A stretch of DNA of 64,000 nucleotides from Carcharhinus amblyrhynchos (GCA_965287045.1 OZ336882.1:6820001-6884000), one strand, 5' to 3'. Positions 10,840 through 24,153 are shown, counted from the stretch's first letter. Notes: a model not told the origin generated them from the sequence alone. Made by a program: numbers and translations.

Positions 10840-13800
10840 TGAGATGTGGAAGTCCGTACAATTGGGCCAGCACCTAGGCGGTGGAGTTTAATTCAATCGA
10901 ATCACTCTTGGAATAGGAACAACAGAGAATTTCGGCGACTTTCTACAAGACGAATCTTCCCTCTTCAGGATGAACACTACTCAGCTGCATTGGAGAAGGG
11001 ATAAAAACAAAGTGCCTTAAACATAGTCCGTTGTGTATCCAACCTGGTTGGTAAATAGCACCTAGCAAGTTCTTCGACCTGCGCTAAAACAAAGTTATTT
11101 TAATCTGGGAGCATGTTCATGGTAACTTGCAGAACATTCGACTGGGATTGAGATCAGCCCATATTACCAGTCAGTTTGGAAATTTTAGCATTGATGTCAC
11201 TGCACTGTAAGTAACCCGAACAGCGGGCGAAGAGCAGCTGAGGGAAGAAGGCGGTAGTTACAGCTAAAGCTGTAGAGGAAATCCCAAGGATCAGCAAAAA
11301 CGCATGGAATTTGATTCGCCATCAAGACTAAACTCGTCGACAAATTCTTGGATCATCTTATCCGTATCAAAGAATGCCTTATTACTCTCCATTTACATCT
11401 CTCCAGAACCAGCAGACAATTGTCGTGAAAGTCCTTGATGATATTGATTCAAAAAAAGCTTCTACTTCACCAGGGATGGTATGCAATCCAACACTCCGAA
11501 GGAATATCAGAACTCCTCATTGGTGACTTCAACGTAAGGGTTAGAAAGGACAACAAAGTCTGGAAAACAATCATCAAAGCAACGATTTGGGAACTGCAAT
11601 TCCAATGGGGTTCCCAGCTCAATAACTGTGAAGAACACTAACGTGTCATTACTGATAAACTGTTCCACCAAAATGGCAAATTTAAGACTTCGTGGAGACA
11701 TCCATGATCAAGGCTCTGCCACATGACCTGACAAGTCATCACTGATCTATAGAATGGTGATGCCCACATCACAAAAATGATGACAAGTGCGGATCACTGA
11801 TGCATAGATCACCAGTTCATCCACCCCTCTGTATCCGTCAATATTCACCAGCAGCTGAAGATGAAAAATGAGTTGTGAAAAAAAATCAAAATTGAACGCA
11901 TTCGGACCCAAGCATTCCAGCAAGCTGTTAACAATATCTGCCCCAAAACGTCCAAATCATTTATTATAATGGAGTGGAATACATTTGAAGAGTCGAAGAC
12001 ATCCATTGTTTCATGCTATGAAGAAATCATCTCTTCCAGGACATGGTAACATCAATATCTGTTCGCAGAGAATGAGCTCATCATCGAAGACCGAACCAAT
12101 AAGAAGGCGAATGCTCGTTGCTCCTGGTGAAATGATATCCCCAAAAAGGCAAAGGGAACTTATCAAACACAAAAGGGAGAGGTACGAAGGGCAAGTAGGA
12201 GAATCAAGAATCAAAATCAATGATGAAATGAGAAAGTTAAGGAGCTGCAACTCTGTGCTGACAAGGATGACATCTGTGGCATCTTCAATGCCACATAGGC
12301 AATGGTTTCAAACTGGTCTCGAATGACGATGCAATTCTCTTTGACAGACAGAGAACACAACGTCCTTTCATGGAAGGAAAACTTTAAACATCTGGTAATG
12401 TGGCACGGTGGTTAGCACTGCTCTGTCACAGCGCCAGGGAACTGGTTTAATTGCAACCTTGGGTGGCTGTGTGAAGTTTACACGTTTTCTCCGTGTCTGT
12501 GTGGGTTTCCTTTAGATGTTCTAGTTTCTTCCCACAGTCCAATGATGTGCAGGTTAGGCGGATTGACCATGTCAAATTGCTTAGTAGTGTCCAAAGATGT
12601 GTATTTCAGGGGTATTAGTGGAGTAATTTGATGGGTATATGGAGATATGGCCAGGTTAAGATACTCTTGGTGGGGAATCTGTGCAGATCCGATGGGCCGA
12701 ATGGCCTTCTTCTGCACTGTTGGCATTTTATCCCTCTGAACCATGATACAATTATCGATGCGGATGTCTGATTCCTCATCAAAATGATTTTGGACTCCCA
12801 GAAAGCTTTCATGAAGTTGAAACTGCTATTAGAAACATGAAGAATGGAAACGCTGCAAGAGTGCTCAGTATTCCAGCAGAGGAGTTAAGAGATTATACTT
12901 CCACTCTATCAACACTTGCTGAAAACCTGGGACAGAGAAGAAATCCTTGCTGACCTCAGCGATGCCGTCATCGTCACTATAATGAACAAAGAAGACAAAG
13001 AGGGTTGTGGGAACGACCTTGAAATCTTTCATCGCTCCCAAGGCCATAGTCTGAATCCTTGCTGTACGCTTTCTCTCTGTCTCTGCAGAAATCCTTCCAG
13101 AATGGCAGTGTGCCTTCCAAACAAACCCTGGAACAACAAACATGGTTTTCAGGGCATGACAAGGTCAAGAGAAATGCAGGAAGCAGCATCACCCATTCTG
13201 CAGAAACTTCACAAATCTGGTCCAGACTGTCAACTCAGTCAATCAGTAAACTCTGTGGAACACTAATAAAAGTCAGATGTCCAGAGAAATTCTTCAACCC
13301 CTTCCGACCTCTCAAAGTGTCGGTGACTCGTCTCATTCATACAAATATCGAGGCCAAGTCTGGAGTGAAGGATGTCATCAGCACCACCCTCTTCTCCGTT
13401 TTCTTTGCACCATACTTCACCTTGTAAGAGCAAACTTCCTAGTGGAGTGTTAAGCTACAGGATGAACACAAAACTTTTCAACTTCAACCGGTTGCAATCC
13501 ACAAAGTAAAAAAACACTGACATCAGTCGTGAATCATAAATCAAAATGTCATATCTTTGGAGAGAATCACAAAGCTATGCTTGATGACTTCGTGGAAACA
13601 TACTGAAGAATCGGTCTCAGCCTTGACGTCAAGATTACTCCAGTGATTTGCCACTCAAACCAAGGCAAGATCCGGGTTTTCCTACATCAAGATCAATGGA
13701 GAACCTCTCCCACATGTGGAGTATTTCCGCTACCTAGGGGGAGGGGGGAGGAGGACTACATTTCATCTAAGGCTTCCAACAACGTGTAGATCCAAAACTT

Positions 13801-14510
13801 ACTTAATGCAAGAGATCTGCCTTTGGAGGCCTATGGATGACGGACTTCAATGACAAGGACATGCCGATACTAAGATACATTTATAAAGGACTGTCGTCCT
13901 CCCACCTCTTCAATTCGGCTCAGGAATCTCGACTAAATGGAGACGCTAGTGCAAAGTCCTGGAGAGGTACCAACAAGTTGTATGGGTGGATTCTCCGCAT
14001 CAGCTGAGTTTATAGACATGCTAACGTTCGCGTCCTTGGAGGTGCCAACAGCAACAGCGTCAAGGACATGATCATCCATAACCAACTCCGTAGTTAGGAT
14101 GTCGGACTACCGACTACCAAAGCAAATCACGTCCAAATCAAGGCAGGAACGCTAACGAGAGAACAAAGGAAGCGCTTCAAGATATTCTGAGGGTTTATCT
14201 CAAGTAATGCACATTGACATCAATGCACGCGAGATCCTTGCGCAGAAGAAATCAACTTGGAGAGCCCATCTGTTTGAAACCGCATAATTCTCTGAGCACA
14301 TCGAATAGCAACAGGTGGCCGGAAAAGGCGCGTGAGAAACGAATGCCAGTGATCTCGACTACAAGGACCAATTCCACCTGCCGGAAGTATCTGCCAAACG
14401 AGCAGGCAGAGATTCGGATCAGGATCAGACTCATTAACCACGCAAGGACGCACAGAACTAATGACCAGGAACACGGAATTTCCTCGGTGGACAATGATAT
14501 TTGTTAGTCA
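10840..14510 (+). mobile_element. RTE-clade LINE, near full length but heavily decayed
   Basis: APE remnant LLIGDFNVRV, TWRHP-type segment (CGTGGAGACATCCA), DAVIVTI, KSGVKDVISTTLFSVFF (GVKQG..APTLF), CAAAGGAAGCGCTTCAAGA (QRKRFKD), and C-terminal C2H2-like IRIRLINHARTHR. Confidence 0.8.
12400..12732 (+). mobile_element. HE1-like V-SINE nested in the RTE LINE
   Basis: GTGGCACGGTGGTTAGCACTG head, V-domain, and tail GATGGGCCGAATGGCCTTCTTCTGCACTGT. The RTE sequence (WKENFKHL|LNHD-like) resumes on the other side. Confidence 0.88.
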
Positions 14511-14559
14511 GTGATCACCAAAGAAAAAGATCCTGCAGTCTGAAGCATTTTATTGACGA

Positions 14560-15140
14560 TCTTCTTGTGTGAAGTCTTCAGGAAAAACTGACGAGAACAT
14601 GATAGAATTCTTCTTTGGAATGAGAAATGAAGTAGTCCATGCGAAATTGGGGTCCTAAATTTTATCAAAGAAAACTAAAGTTATGAGGGGGCGAGTTAGC
14701 TACGGCATATTGGGGAACTTCATCAAAAGGCATCACGATGGACAGGCAGTGTCTAACATTTAAGTAACAAATTAATGCATGCTGCAATAACACATTCCTT
14801 TCTGGGCAAAAGCACGAAAGAAATGTGGCCCAACAATGACTAAAAACATCAATTAAAGGTAGTATTAGATCCAAAGAGAAGTCATACGAAGTTGCTAGAA
14901 AAAAAAGCAAGCCTGAAGATTGGGAAGATTTCAGAAAATTACCAGGAACATAAAAGTGGACTGTAAAATCTTATATAAGTATGTAAAAAGAAACACATTT
15001 GACATAAGTAGGTTCCTTACTATCCTGAACAGGATAACTTTTAATGCAGAAGAAAAGGATGACCGCGCTATTCAACAAATAACTTCCTAGAAACGCTGGT
15101 GAACCAGGAGTCCAGACAGAAGAAGACATTTAAGTACATT
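14560..15140 (+). mobile_element. Decayed CR1 ORF2 linker fragment
   Basis: ATGGACAGGCAGTG, GTGGCCCAACAATGACTAA, AGTATTAGATCCAAAGAG and GACTGTAAAA...TATGTAAAAAG parallel 33900-34450. Confidence 0.7.
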
Positions 15141-16176
15141 GGGCAAAGATGATATGCTGCATCTGCACATGTTCTTGGTGAGGCGAGGCATCGAGTATTG
15201 TCAACAGTTTTGATATCAGTACTTATGGGCGGATAACCTGGGCCCAGATATCTTCATACTAGGGCCCCAGTTTGGATTTGAGGTAACCGGCAAACAACTG
15301 GCAAAAGTTTCGAAGTGTGATATGACACTAAATGGTGGAGAATTTTATGCATCGGTTTGTCGAATTGCATCTTGGACTGCTGATAAAGTTTGTTGTTAAC
15401 GCATGCCAACCTTTGCTAGTTAGTCGTTTATTTCCTCTGATTTGAAATTGCCGCACTAATTTTGCTTGCACATAAGATCAGTTAAACTCTTTGCATAACT
15501 GCTGATTTTTTTTAATATCAAGAATCGGTGAGTGTTATTGCAAATTGCAGTGTTGATGTAAACCTACTTGTTACATTAATAAGTAAAATAAAAAAAAACT
15601 CATGCACCATTGAAATAATTATCACCGAGTTTTGCAAAATGACTCCAGGGTGTTGCTTTCTAAATGCGCCCTTTGCACGTAAAACATTGTTGCATCATGA
15701 TCGCTTTACAATGTTTGTAAATTTACTTCACCTAACGTCCTGATAATTAGGTTTTGTATCATGATTTGAGTTCTTTCATCATGTTCACATCAATTCACTT
15801 CACATAACAACAATGTAATCTGGGAATAGAATATGAAAACATTTGGTTATTGAATAAAAACATTTTCCTCATCGCATTCCAACTAAATACTGAATAATTA
15901 AATGGAACATCGTTGCTGAAAAGAAAATGTTTAGCTCTATGACTGGTACACTTCAGTAATAAGAATAGTAAAAATACAAAACAGCAAGCATGTAGGCAAA
16001 ACAGCAAAGGAGATTCTGTTTCGGGCATTCAAAAGATAAGGATAGAGTCATCAGTGTGGCTACCTATATCTATTAGCGTGTTTTCATATGGGACAATATT
16101 AGTTGCAATGCACAATAATTCTATGATTCACGAAAGTGATTTTTGACATAATAGCCCAGTCGAAAATTTGGATTTC

Positions 16177-18579
16177 TTATTTAGTCAAGATAGTGTTATG
16201 AACATTCAAATCATTCAATGGTAGGGTTGCTTCGCAGGATTTTAGGAACAGGAAATCACTTTTGGATGATTTTGGAGATAAACGGACAGAGTACGGGTAA
16301 GTTCCAGAAGTGGGAAGTGTCTGATGTGCTGCAGTGTAACGTAACAGATCTTTTGGGATAGTTCTCCGACTAAAGGTGTCATTCGAATTACTCCGTCTAC
16401 GGCAACAACAATATGTGGGATTGTAATGATTGATATTCCTGCCCTGTTTGCACTTTAGCACTACCAAAAATATAATGATTGCAAGAAATATAAAAGATGT
16501 TGAGCCAAAAGTGATGATTAAATAAATATTTAGTTCCGAGAAGTTCCCATGATTACTGGGTTGGCGACCTTGGTTGTCGCGCATTTCAAGAACGTTGGTC
16601 AAGACCGAAAAGCAAATGGTAGCCGTGCTGGAGAGGCGGGGTTGCCCATTGTCCTTTACCACGATGATTACTCTTTGCGTGGCAGCGTCTTCGTTTCTAA
16701 AACTTCGGACAGCCCGTATTTCTCCAGAAAATAGGCCAATGCTGAAAAGACTGGTATCAGAAGCTTCCAACATTTGGAATGTTAACCGTGTGTTCATGCC
16801 AGAATCCGCGTCTGTTGCGATTACCTTGGTGATAATGTCTCCTGGGTCTATGGACTGACGATCAATCTCCACTGGTGCTAAACTGTTGCACGGTAAGGGT
16901 GAAACAATCACCGGTGCATTGTCATTTTGATCAAGGATAATAACATTCACGATGGAAGTGCTACTCAGTGGAGGAGATCCAGCATCCTGAGCTTGAACAA
17001 TGATCTTGAAATTCTTCAGCTGTTCATAGTCAAAGGAAAGCAGTGCGTAAATGGCCCCAGTCGCCGAGTTAATTGAAATTGGAGAAGTCGACACATTTTG
17101 TTCTTGACTTTCCATAGAAGAATAGGAAACCGCTCCATTCTCAGCCAAATCTGGATCCAACGCAGTGACGGCAAACAGGAAAGAACCGGGTTGATTGTTC
17201 TCCAGCACAAGCACATCGTATGAGAGCTGCGTAAATTTCGGCGCATTATCATTAACATCAGAAATAGACACCAATATGTGTTTAGTTGTTGCGAGCGGAG
17301 GAGACCCGCCATCCCAGCATGAAATAGATATGTTGTATTGTGGGTACGTTTCACAATCCAAAATATCATTTGAAATCAACTTATAGTTGTTGCTCAGTGT
17401 CTTCTGTAGTTTGAACGGAATATTTACATCAATTTCACATTGAACCTGCCCATTCTCATCAATATCTGGATCCTTTACACTTATTGAGGCTATCAGAGTT
17501 CCAGGATGCGCATCTTCTGGAATAGTACTGGAAACTGAGGTCACCTCTACCTCCGGGGCATTGTCATTCACATCAATTAATCGCACCATTACTTTAGTGT
17601 GACCCGCCATTGCGAATACCCCTTTATCCACAGCTTCAACATGAATCTCATGAATATTACTTTCCTCAAAGTCCAGAACGCCTTCAACGCTGATCTCTCC
17701 GGTTCCTCGGTCCAGTCTAAAGAGCTCACGAGTCCGTTGCGATGTGTGACTGGTGAAAGAATATGTTAATTCAGCATTTGTGCCTTCATCTAAATCAATA
17801 GCATTGACTTTGATCACTAACGTACCTTTAGGGGCGTTTTCAAGTACATTAGTCCTATATATTTCATGATCAAATACAGGCGCATTATCATTCGCGTCCA
17901 CAACATTGATGATAATCTGAGCAGTACCAGATCTGTGCGGATTCCCTCCGTCAATGGCCGTCAACACAAAATGAAATGTTGACTGCTGCTCACGATCCAA
18001 CTGCGTTTCTAAGGATAATCCTGCCATTTTACTCCCATCGCTTTTTGTCTGCACTTTGAGGCCAAAGTGTGCATTTGGACTGATCTGGTAATTACTAATA
18101 GAATTTATACCAATATCCGGGTCGTACGCGCTCTCGAGAGGATAACGCGCCCCCGGAGCGGTAAATTCAATAATCCGGAAAGAATAAACGTCCTTCGAAA
18201 AACTGGGTGAATTGTCATTCACATCCAAGATCTCCACTTCAACGCGGTGCATTTCCAGCGGATTGTCGAGCGCAATTTGAAAAGAAAGGGAACAGGTGGA
18301 GCGTTGTCCACAAAGGTGTTCCCTGTCGATTCTTTCTTTGACAAATAAAATTCCATTTTCGAGATTTACCTCCATGTATTGGTTGCGATCATCAGAAACC
18401 AGCTGAAACTTGCGAGCCGATAACTGCAGAATGTCAAGTTTAAAATCATCTGCGATATTCCCAACAAAAGCTCCAGGTTCCAGTTCCTCTGGAATCGCGT
18501 AGCGAATTTGTCCACAGACCAAATCCGACGCGCAAAGCAGGATGAAGAAAGACGCCCAGCTCTCCGCTGTATGCGCCAT
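16177..18579 (-). CDS. pcdh: Clustered protocadherin variable exon 2 (800 aa; signal peptide, 6 EC, TM, cytoplasmic tail)
   Basis: Intact ORF with QIRYAIPEE, EC1 CGQRSTC, repeated DxNDNxP motifs, TM YLIITFGSTSFIFLAIIIFLVVL, and tail motif SVRLSPKSSKSDFLFLK. Confidence 0.97.
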   Translation of the reverse strand: MAHTAESWASFFILLCASDLVCGQIRYAIPEELEPGAFVGNIADDFKLDILQLSARKFQLVSDDRNQYMEVNLENGILFVKERIDREHLCGQRSTCSLSFQIALDNPLEMHRVEVEILDVNDNSPSFSKDVYSFRIIEFTAPGARYPLESAYDPDIGINSISNYQISPNAHFGLKVQTKSDGSKMAGLSLETQLDREQQSTFHFVLTAIDGGNPHRSGTAQIIINVVDANDNAPVFDHEIYRTNVLENAPKGTLVIKVNAIDLDEGTNAELTYSFTSHTSQRTRELFRLDRGTGEISVEGVLDFEESNIHEIHVEAVDKGVFAMAGHTKVMVRLIDVNDNAPEVEVTSVSSTIPEDAHPGTLIASISVKDPDIDENGQVQCEIDVNIPFKLQKTLSNNYKLISNDILDCETYPQYNISISCWDGGSPPLATTKHILVSISDVNDNAPKFTQLSYDVLVLENNQPGSFLFAVTALDPDLAENGAVSYSSMESQEQNVSTSPISINSATGAIYALLSFDYEQLKNFKIIVQAQDAGSPPLSSTSIVNVIILDQNDNAPVIVSPLPCNSLAPVEIDRQSIDPGDIITKVIATDADSGMNTRLTFQMLEASDTSLFSIGLFSGEIRAVRSFRNEDAATQRVIIVVKDNGQPRLSSTATICFSVLTNVLEMRDNQGRQPSNHGNFSELNIYLIITFGSTSFIFLAIIIFLVVLKCKQGRNINHYNPTYCCCRRRSNSNDTFSRRTIPKDLLRYTAAHQTLPTSGTYPYSVRLSPKSSKSDFLFLKSCEATLPLNDLNVHNTILTK

Positions 18580-18808
18580 TGTTCTGCGCTGGATTTTGCC
18601 GTAATAGTGCTAAATATCTGCCAGTCGGTAATGTTAACTGAACAAAAGAATAAGCGAATGTTGCGCTCTGCACTAATCCAGAGCTGAGAAATACTGATCT
18701 ATCAGTTACCTATTCCGAAAAAGGGTCACATAACAAACGCAGGAACAGGCTGCCCGTCTCGTTCTCTGTCCGCCTCTGTTCTGCGTTTCCCTGCTGGAGC
18801 AGGGTCCA

Positions 18809-18893
18809 GATCTCTCGCAACATCTCAGCTTCTTATTGGTAGACAGCGACACAATGTGTCCTAACCAACAACTGCAGCAACAGTTCTTAAAGC
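18809..18893 (-). promoter_or_regulatory. Protocadherin promoter module with CSE/CGCT box for gene 2
   Basis: Invariant 21-mer at 18832-18852, GATC at 18809, CTTAAAGC at 18886; 253 bp from the ATG. Confidence 0.9.
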
Positions 18894-19199
18894 AGAACTG
18901 CTTCAAAAATATTTTCACCCAGAGATCCAATATGTCCAGCAGTGCGCAAATGGTATATTGAAATGTACAGTATTATTAGTATTGTTTTTTTTAATGTGCA
19001 TGATGTATAATGTCTGAATAAAGCGAGCAGTCTTTTTAATCAAATTTCACAGCAGCACATACTTTGATAAATACTCGAACGGTGGCATTTCCGTTATCTT
19101 ACAGTTCAGACTAATTACCTTCGCCTGGTATCTCTGCTCTCCTATAATGCTGGTCACTTAAGAATCCGGATTTAGTCCCTCTGCCCTTGGCGGCCGTGA

Positions 19200-19437
19200 G
19201 ATCATGATGCTAAATTTCGGAATGCCCTCTCAAAGCCTCTCCAACTGCATGAATTTCTCTCCTGTGTGAAGACGATTCTGAGGGCCCTCGTTTTGGGACG
19301 TGAGAATTAAAGATGTTAGCCATCTCTCCAGATGTGACCCCAGTTTGAGATTTAGTTTGGTAACACTCTTGTGATTTATTCAGGATGTAGGACTACGACG
19401 AAAGGCGCTATATCAATGCAAGTAGTTGTTACTGTTG
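19200..19437 (+). mobile_element. L2-type 3' tail (L2 LINE or Deu-SINE remnant)
   Basis: Ends in AAAGGCGCTATATCAATGCAAGTAGTTGTT, the characteristic L2-family terminus. Confidence 0.55.
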
Positions 19438-21756
19438 AGGTGTGCTCACTGTGTATTTGTTTCTGAACTTGATATTTCTTGTCGTCCTCTTTTGGTGAGC
19501 AATATTTGGAGAGTACTGTTATTCCGTAGGCAGATCAATGTACTTCCAGTCAAATATTCGCACGTTACGCATCCTCAATTAACTTTGGATTCATTTACCG
19601 TCAGTGGGTAAGTTTCCATAATTTGCATTCGGTTTGTGAACTTCATAATCGTTCATTCGTAAACATTTTTTCGCAGATACGACATGAGATGTTTACCTTC
19701 AATTGCCTCTAACGTTTCCAGGACTCAAAAAGAGCGCCGCGAAATTAACATTATATAGATGGATAAAACTATATCTATATTTTAACTGCCTGACATAGAC
19801 GTACTCATCATGCCATTCTGTCTTCTTAAATCTTTGCATAAAATTCATCATAGCATCAGCATCAACACACTTAATGCAGCTGCTCAGAATAAAATCCGTC
19901 AACGCAACAAAGACAAGTCAATGAATACAGGATTCTGCAACATACTTAGATATAGAACAATGCGAAAGTTGATGTGCCTCATATTTACTGTGATCTCCTG
20001 AGCTTATCTGGTAGATTTGGAGATTTACTTTCCTCAAAAAACGAGGAATTTCTTATCTTGTTTGATGATTCTTCTCTCCCACGGTACTGCATGTCAGACG
20101 GCCTGCGGGAAGAACGGTGGGTCATTATGTATGAAGAGGTTATGACTGAACAATAGAGTTTCAAGAGGGCAGACTGTGTTTTCCTGCTCATTTTGTTAGA
20201 TGGGCCTACTTGCTACAAAGTCATATAAATAAAACTAAACTCAATGGAAAATAATTTTAAATTCCACATTTTTGAAAGGATCGTCCATGCACCAAGCTAA
20301 TAATAGATTGTTTGACAACTGCACTTGTGTTGATGAAAAAACTTTCTTCGAATGTTCTATGCCATTTTCTTTTCAAATTGCACTATAAGAAAAAGTTCAT
20401 GCTAACATATGTGCCAAGTATGTGATGCTAATCATTTAAAATTATTAATTGAAAGCATTGTAATTCTCCACAATGTTGCGCATCCTTCCATTATCGAAAC
20501 GTGCATCAATTGCTCAGTCTCCTTTGCCAAATAAGTTCTTGATGTCAAACTGTTTTAATTATGGTTGTCATTCGGACGTCCACTTTTTTATCTCACTTTA
20601 AATGTTCGATATCATACTCTCAACATCACAGATGAATATTTCTTTTCAATGTTTTCATTACCTGGTTCATATTCAAAATGCTATTACTGTCGCAAGTAAG
20701 TCAGATTTATTTGAATCAGATTTATTGGGAGTCGTGTTTATTGATGAAAGCGACACGATTCCAAAGTCCTTCAAAAACAAAACGCCAGATCCAAAGTTTG
20801 AACCTGAACTAACCAATTATTAATACCTATGATCAGAAATAGGACGACGTAACTCGTGATTTTGGAGCTCAATTGTCTGAGTTCACTGTAGACATAGATT
20901 CAGGGCTCAAGCTGCAACATATTTTAATTAATCAGACTTTTGCAATTGAAATTCTGATTAATCACGATCTCCCTTTTTTTTCTCAACATTTGAGTAGATA
21001 ACAGCGAAGCTTTGGCGAGAGAAAGTTCCACTGTTGTCAAGTTTGGATGCTGGAAATTCCCTTCCAAAGACGCGTATTTAAATGCATTTCTTCCAACATC
21101 CCTGGAAATACATTTACAGGTCCATGTTTCGAACAGATATCATATTATTTCTGATTTTAAAAATAGTTCGCTGATTTTGCAAGCTGATCTGTTCACAAAA
21201 TGTATGTTGCGCCTACGTTTAAAGCACTGACTTGACAAGACGACAAAGACGTCGTACTCGCTGTAGCAAAACAAAAAGCATGTTCCGTTTAATGAAGTTT
21301 TAGTTTCCGTTTATTACATACAAAACAATGTAAGTGATCGAGGAATAAAATGACCTTATTAAGCGACCTCTAATCGTTAATAACTGTAAACTTCTTCCCA
21401 AATTAAGATCTTGAAGTGAAAACTTTAATGGAGACTTTAAACAGAAAGGTTTCGAACAGTCATCTGCTATAATTATAGATATTGGGAAAAATGTTCATTC
21501 CAACTTTTTACATGTTTCGGCAAAGCAGAAATTACAACAAGTGTGTAGCTAGTTATTTATGTGAACATTGACACGGCAAGCTCTATTGAAGGCATTCGAG
21601 AATTAGCATAAATAATCAAATATTACTATTAATATATACACATGTCTAGGACAGTGTTCAAGCGCATAAATCAATTGTATTTGTACTGCGTAATAGGTAA
21701 ACTTACGACACGACTAAATTGCAACCAATAATCTCCAGCCCAAAGGTTAATATGTA

Positions 21757-24153
21757 TTACTTTCTTACACTACCACCACGAACATTCAAATCATTCAGCG
21801 GTAAAGTTGCTTCGCATGGTTTTATGAACAAAAAATCACTTTTGGATGACTCTGGAGATAAACAAACAGTGTACTGGTGTGTTTCAGAAATGGGAAGCGT
21901 CTGCCGTGCACCAGAATAATTTAGAAGTTCTCGGGGGACAGTTCTACGATTTATGTAGTCATTCGAGTTACTTCGCTTGCAACAACAGTAACTTGTGGAG
22001 GGATAATAATTTGTATACGTGCTCTGCTTGCACTTCAGTACCACCAGGAAAATAATTATTACAAGAAATATGAAGGATGTTGAGCCAAAGATGATGATTA
22101 AATAAGCATTCAGGTCAGAAAATTGTTCAGGACTTGTGGGTTGGTGACTTCGTTTGGAGAGATTTTCAGTAACATTGGTTAGGATTGAGAAGAAGATTGT
22201 AGCTGTGCTAGATAAGCTGGGCTGCCCATTGTCTTTCACCAAGATTATCATTTTTTGTATGGCGCAGTCTTGCTCCTTAAAATGTCGCACCGCTCTTATA
22301 TCTCCAGACAGTCGCCCCAGACTGAAGAGACTTGGATCAGTGGCCTCCAGAATTTGAAAGGAAAGCCGCATATTCTGCCCAGAATCCGCATCAGATGCGA
22401 TTACCTTGGTGATCAAATGTCCTGGATATATGGATTGGCGCAGAATCTCCACGGCCAAGGAACTATTCCAAGTTAAAGGAGAAACAATAATTGGAGCATT
22501 GTCATTCTGATCCAAGATAATAACATTCACAGTGGCAGTGCTGCTCAAGGGTGAAGATCCCGCATCCTGAGCTTGAACAATGATCTGGAAATTCTTCAGC
22601 AGTTCGTAATCAAATGAAAGCAGCGCATTTATCCTCCCACTCTTCGAGTTGATCGTAATATAAGAAGACGCAGATGTATATTGTATCTGTTTTTCATGCA
22701 TAAAGTAGGACACTTCACCATTCTGATCCGTATCTGGATCTGCAGCGCTAACACTAAATATAGAAGCACCGGGTGTATTGTTTTCCATCACAAACACGTT
22801 GTATGAGGACTGTGTAAACCTTGGAGGATTATCATTTACATCAGAAACTGATACCATTACAATTTTACTTGTAGCAAGAGGCGGAGATCCTCTGTCTCGG
22901 GCCGTAATTGATATGTTGTATTGCGGGGTAGTTTCCCGATCCAAATCACCACTTGTAACTAATTTATAATTGTTGCCGAAAGACTTCTGGAACTTAAATG
23001 GTATATCCACGTCAACATCACATTGGATTTGCCCATTTTCACGAGAGTCTGCATCCCTTACGCTGATTGTAGCTACTACCGTCCCAGACTGCGCGTCTTC
23101 TGGGACTGTACTAGATATCGACGTCACTTCAACCTCAGGCGCGTTGTCATTCACATCAATTAGTTCTACCATAACTTTGGCATGTCCTGCCATTGGATAT
23201 TCACTTTTGTCCACTGCTTCTACATCAAGTTCGTACATAGGCGATTCTTCAAAATCTAATATTCCTTCAACTTTTATTTCTCCATTTATCGGGTCCAGTG
23301 TGAACAACTCCCGAGCCTTTTCGGAAACGTGGCTAGTGAATGAATATGTTAACTCAGCGTTTTTACCTTCATCCAAATCAACAGCATTGAGTTTTATCAC
23401 TAATGCACCTTTGGGGGTGTTTTCTAAAATATTGGTACTGTATGTTTCACTGTCAAATGCAGGTGCGTTATCATTCGCATCCACAACATTAACAACAATC
23501 CGAGTAGTGCCAGATCTATGGGGGATACCACCGTCAGCAGCTGTCAGTACAAGATGGAAGGTTGACTGTTCTTCACGGTCCAAGGTTTTCTGTAACAGCA
23601 GCTCGGCACTTTTAGTTCCATCATTTCTTGCCTGCACTCTGAGGTCGAAGTATTCATTTGGGCTAATCTGGTAACTGCTGATTGCATTTGTGCCGACGTC
23701 GGGGTCGTGCGCGCTCTCGAGAGGCAAACGCTTCCCTGGCATTATTAACTCATTGATCCGCAAAGCATATTCGTCCTTTAAAAAACTAGGTGAATTATCA
23801 TTTATATCTAGTATTTCCACTGCAACGCGATGCATTTCCGAAGGATGTTCAAGCAGTACTTGGAATGAAAGGGAACACACAGGGCTTTGCCGACAGAGCT
23901 GTTCTCTGTCGATTCTTTCATTAATAAATACATTTCCATTTTCCAGATTTACCTCCATGTATTGTTTCCTGCTGTCGGAGACAAGTCGAAAATTGCGGAC
24001 CACTATTTCCCGAGCGTTTAGGCTTAAATCATCAGCGATATTCCCAACAAAGGCCCCATACTCCAGCTCCTCGGGAATCGAGTAGCGAATTTGTCCTGAA
24101 ACCAGGACCGATATACACAGCAGAAAAATGAAAGAAGCCAGTATATTCGTCAT
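21757..24153 (-). CDS. pcdh: Clustered protocadherin variable exon 3 (798 aa)
   Basis: Intact ORF with QIRYSIPEE, CRQSPVC, six cadherin repeats, TM, and tail YTVCLSPESSKSDFLFIKP. Confidence 0.97.
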   Translation of the reverse strand: MTNILASFIFLLCISVLVSGQIRYSIPEELEYGAFVGNIADDLSLNAREIVVRNFRLVSDSRKQYMEVNLENGNVFINERIDREQLCRQSPVCSLSFQVLLEHPSEMHRVAVEILDINDNSPSFLKDEYALRINELIMPGKRLPLESAHDPDVGTNAISSYQISPNEYFDLRVQARNDGTKSAELLLQKTLDREEQSTFHLVLTAADGGIPHRSGTTRIVVNVVDANDNAPAFDSETYSTNILENTPKGALVIKLNAVDLDEGKNAELTYSFTSHVSEKARELFTLDPINGEIKVEGILDFEESPMYELDVEAVDKSEYPMAGHAKVMVELIDVNDNAPEVEVTSISSTVPEDAQSGTVVATISVRDADSRENGQIQCDVDVDIPFKFQKSFGNNYKLVTSGDLDRETTPQYNISITARDRGSPPLATSKIVMVSVSDVNDNPPRFTQSSYNVFVMENNTPGASIFSVSAADPDTDQNGEVSYFMHEKQIQYTSASSYITINSKSGRINALLSFDYELLKNFQIIVQAQDAGSSPLSSTATVNVIILDQNDNAPIIVSPLTWNSSLAVEILRQSIYPGHLITKVIASDADSGQNMRLSFQILEATDPSLFSLGRLSGDIRAVRHFKEQDCAIQKMIILVKDNGQPSLSSTATIFFSILTNVTENLSKRSHQPTSPEQFSDLNAYLIIIFGSTSFIFLVIIIFLVVLKCKQSTYTNYYPSTSYCCCKRSNSNDYINRRTVPRELLNYSGARQTLPISETHQYTVCLSPESSKSDFLFIKPCEATLPLNDLNVRGGSVRK

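Noticed and set aside
2200-16100. Pcdh pseudogene relics, orphan CSEs or constant exons in the long intergenic gaps
   Set aside because: No additional cadherin motifs, CSE 21-mers or constant-region peptides were seen by eye. Highly decayed relics or short non-coding exons cannot be excluded without tBLASTn or RNA-seq.
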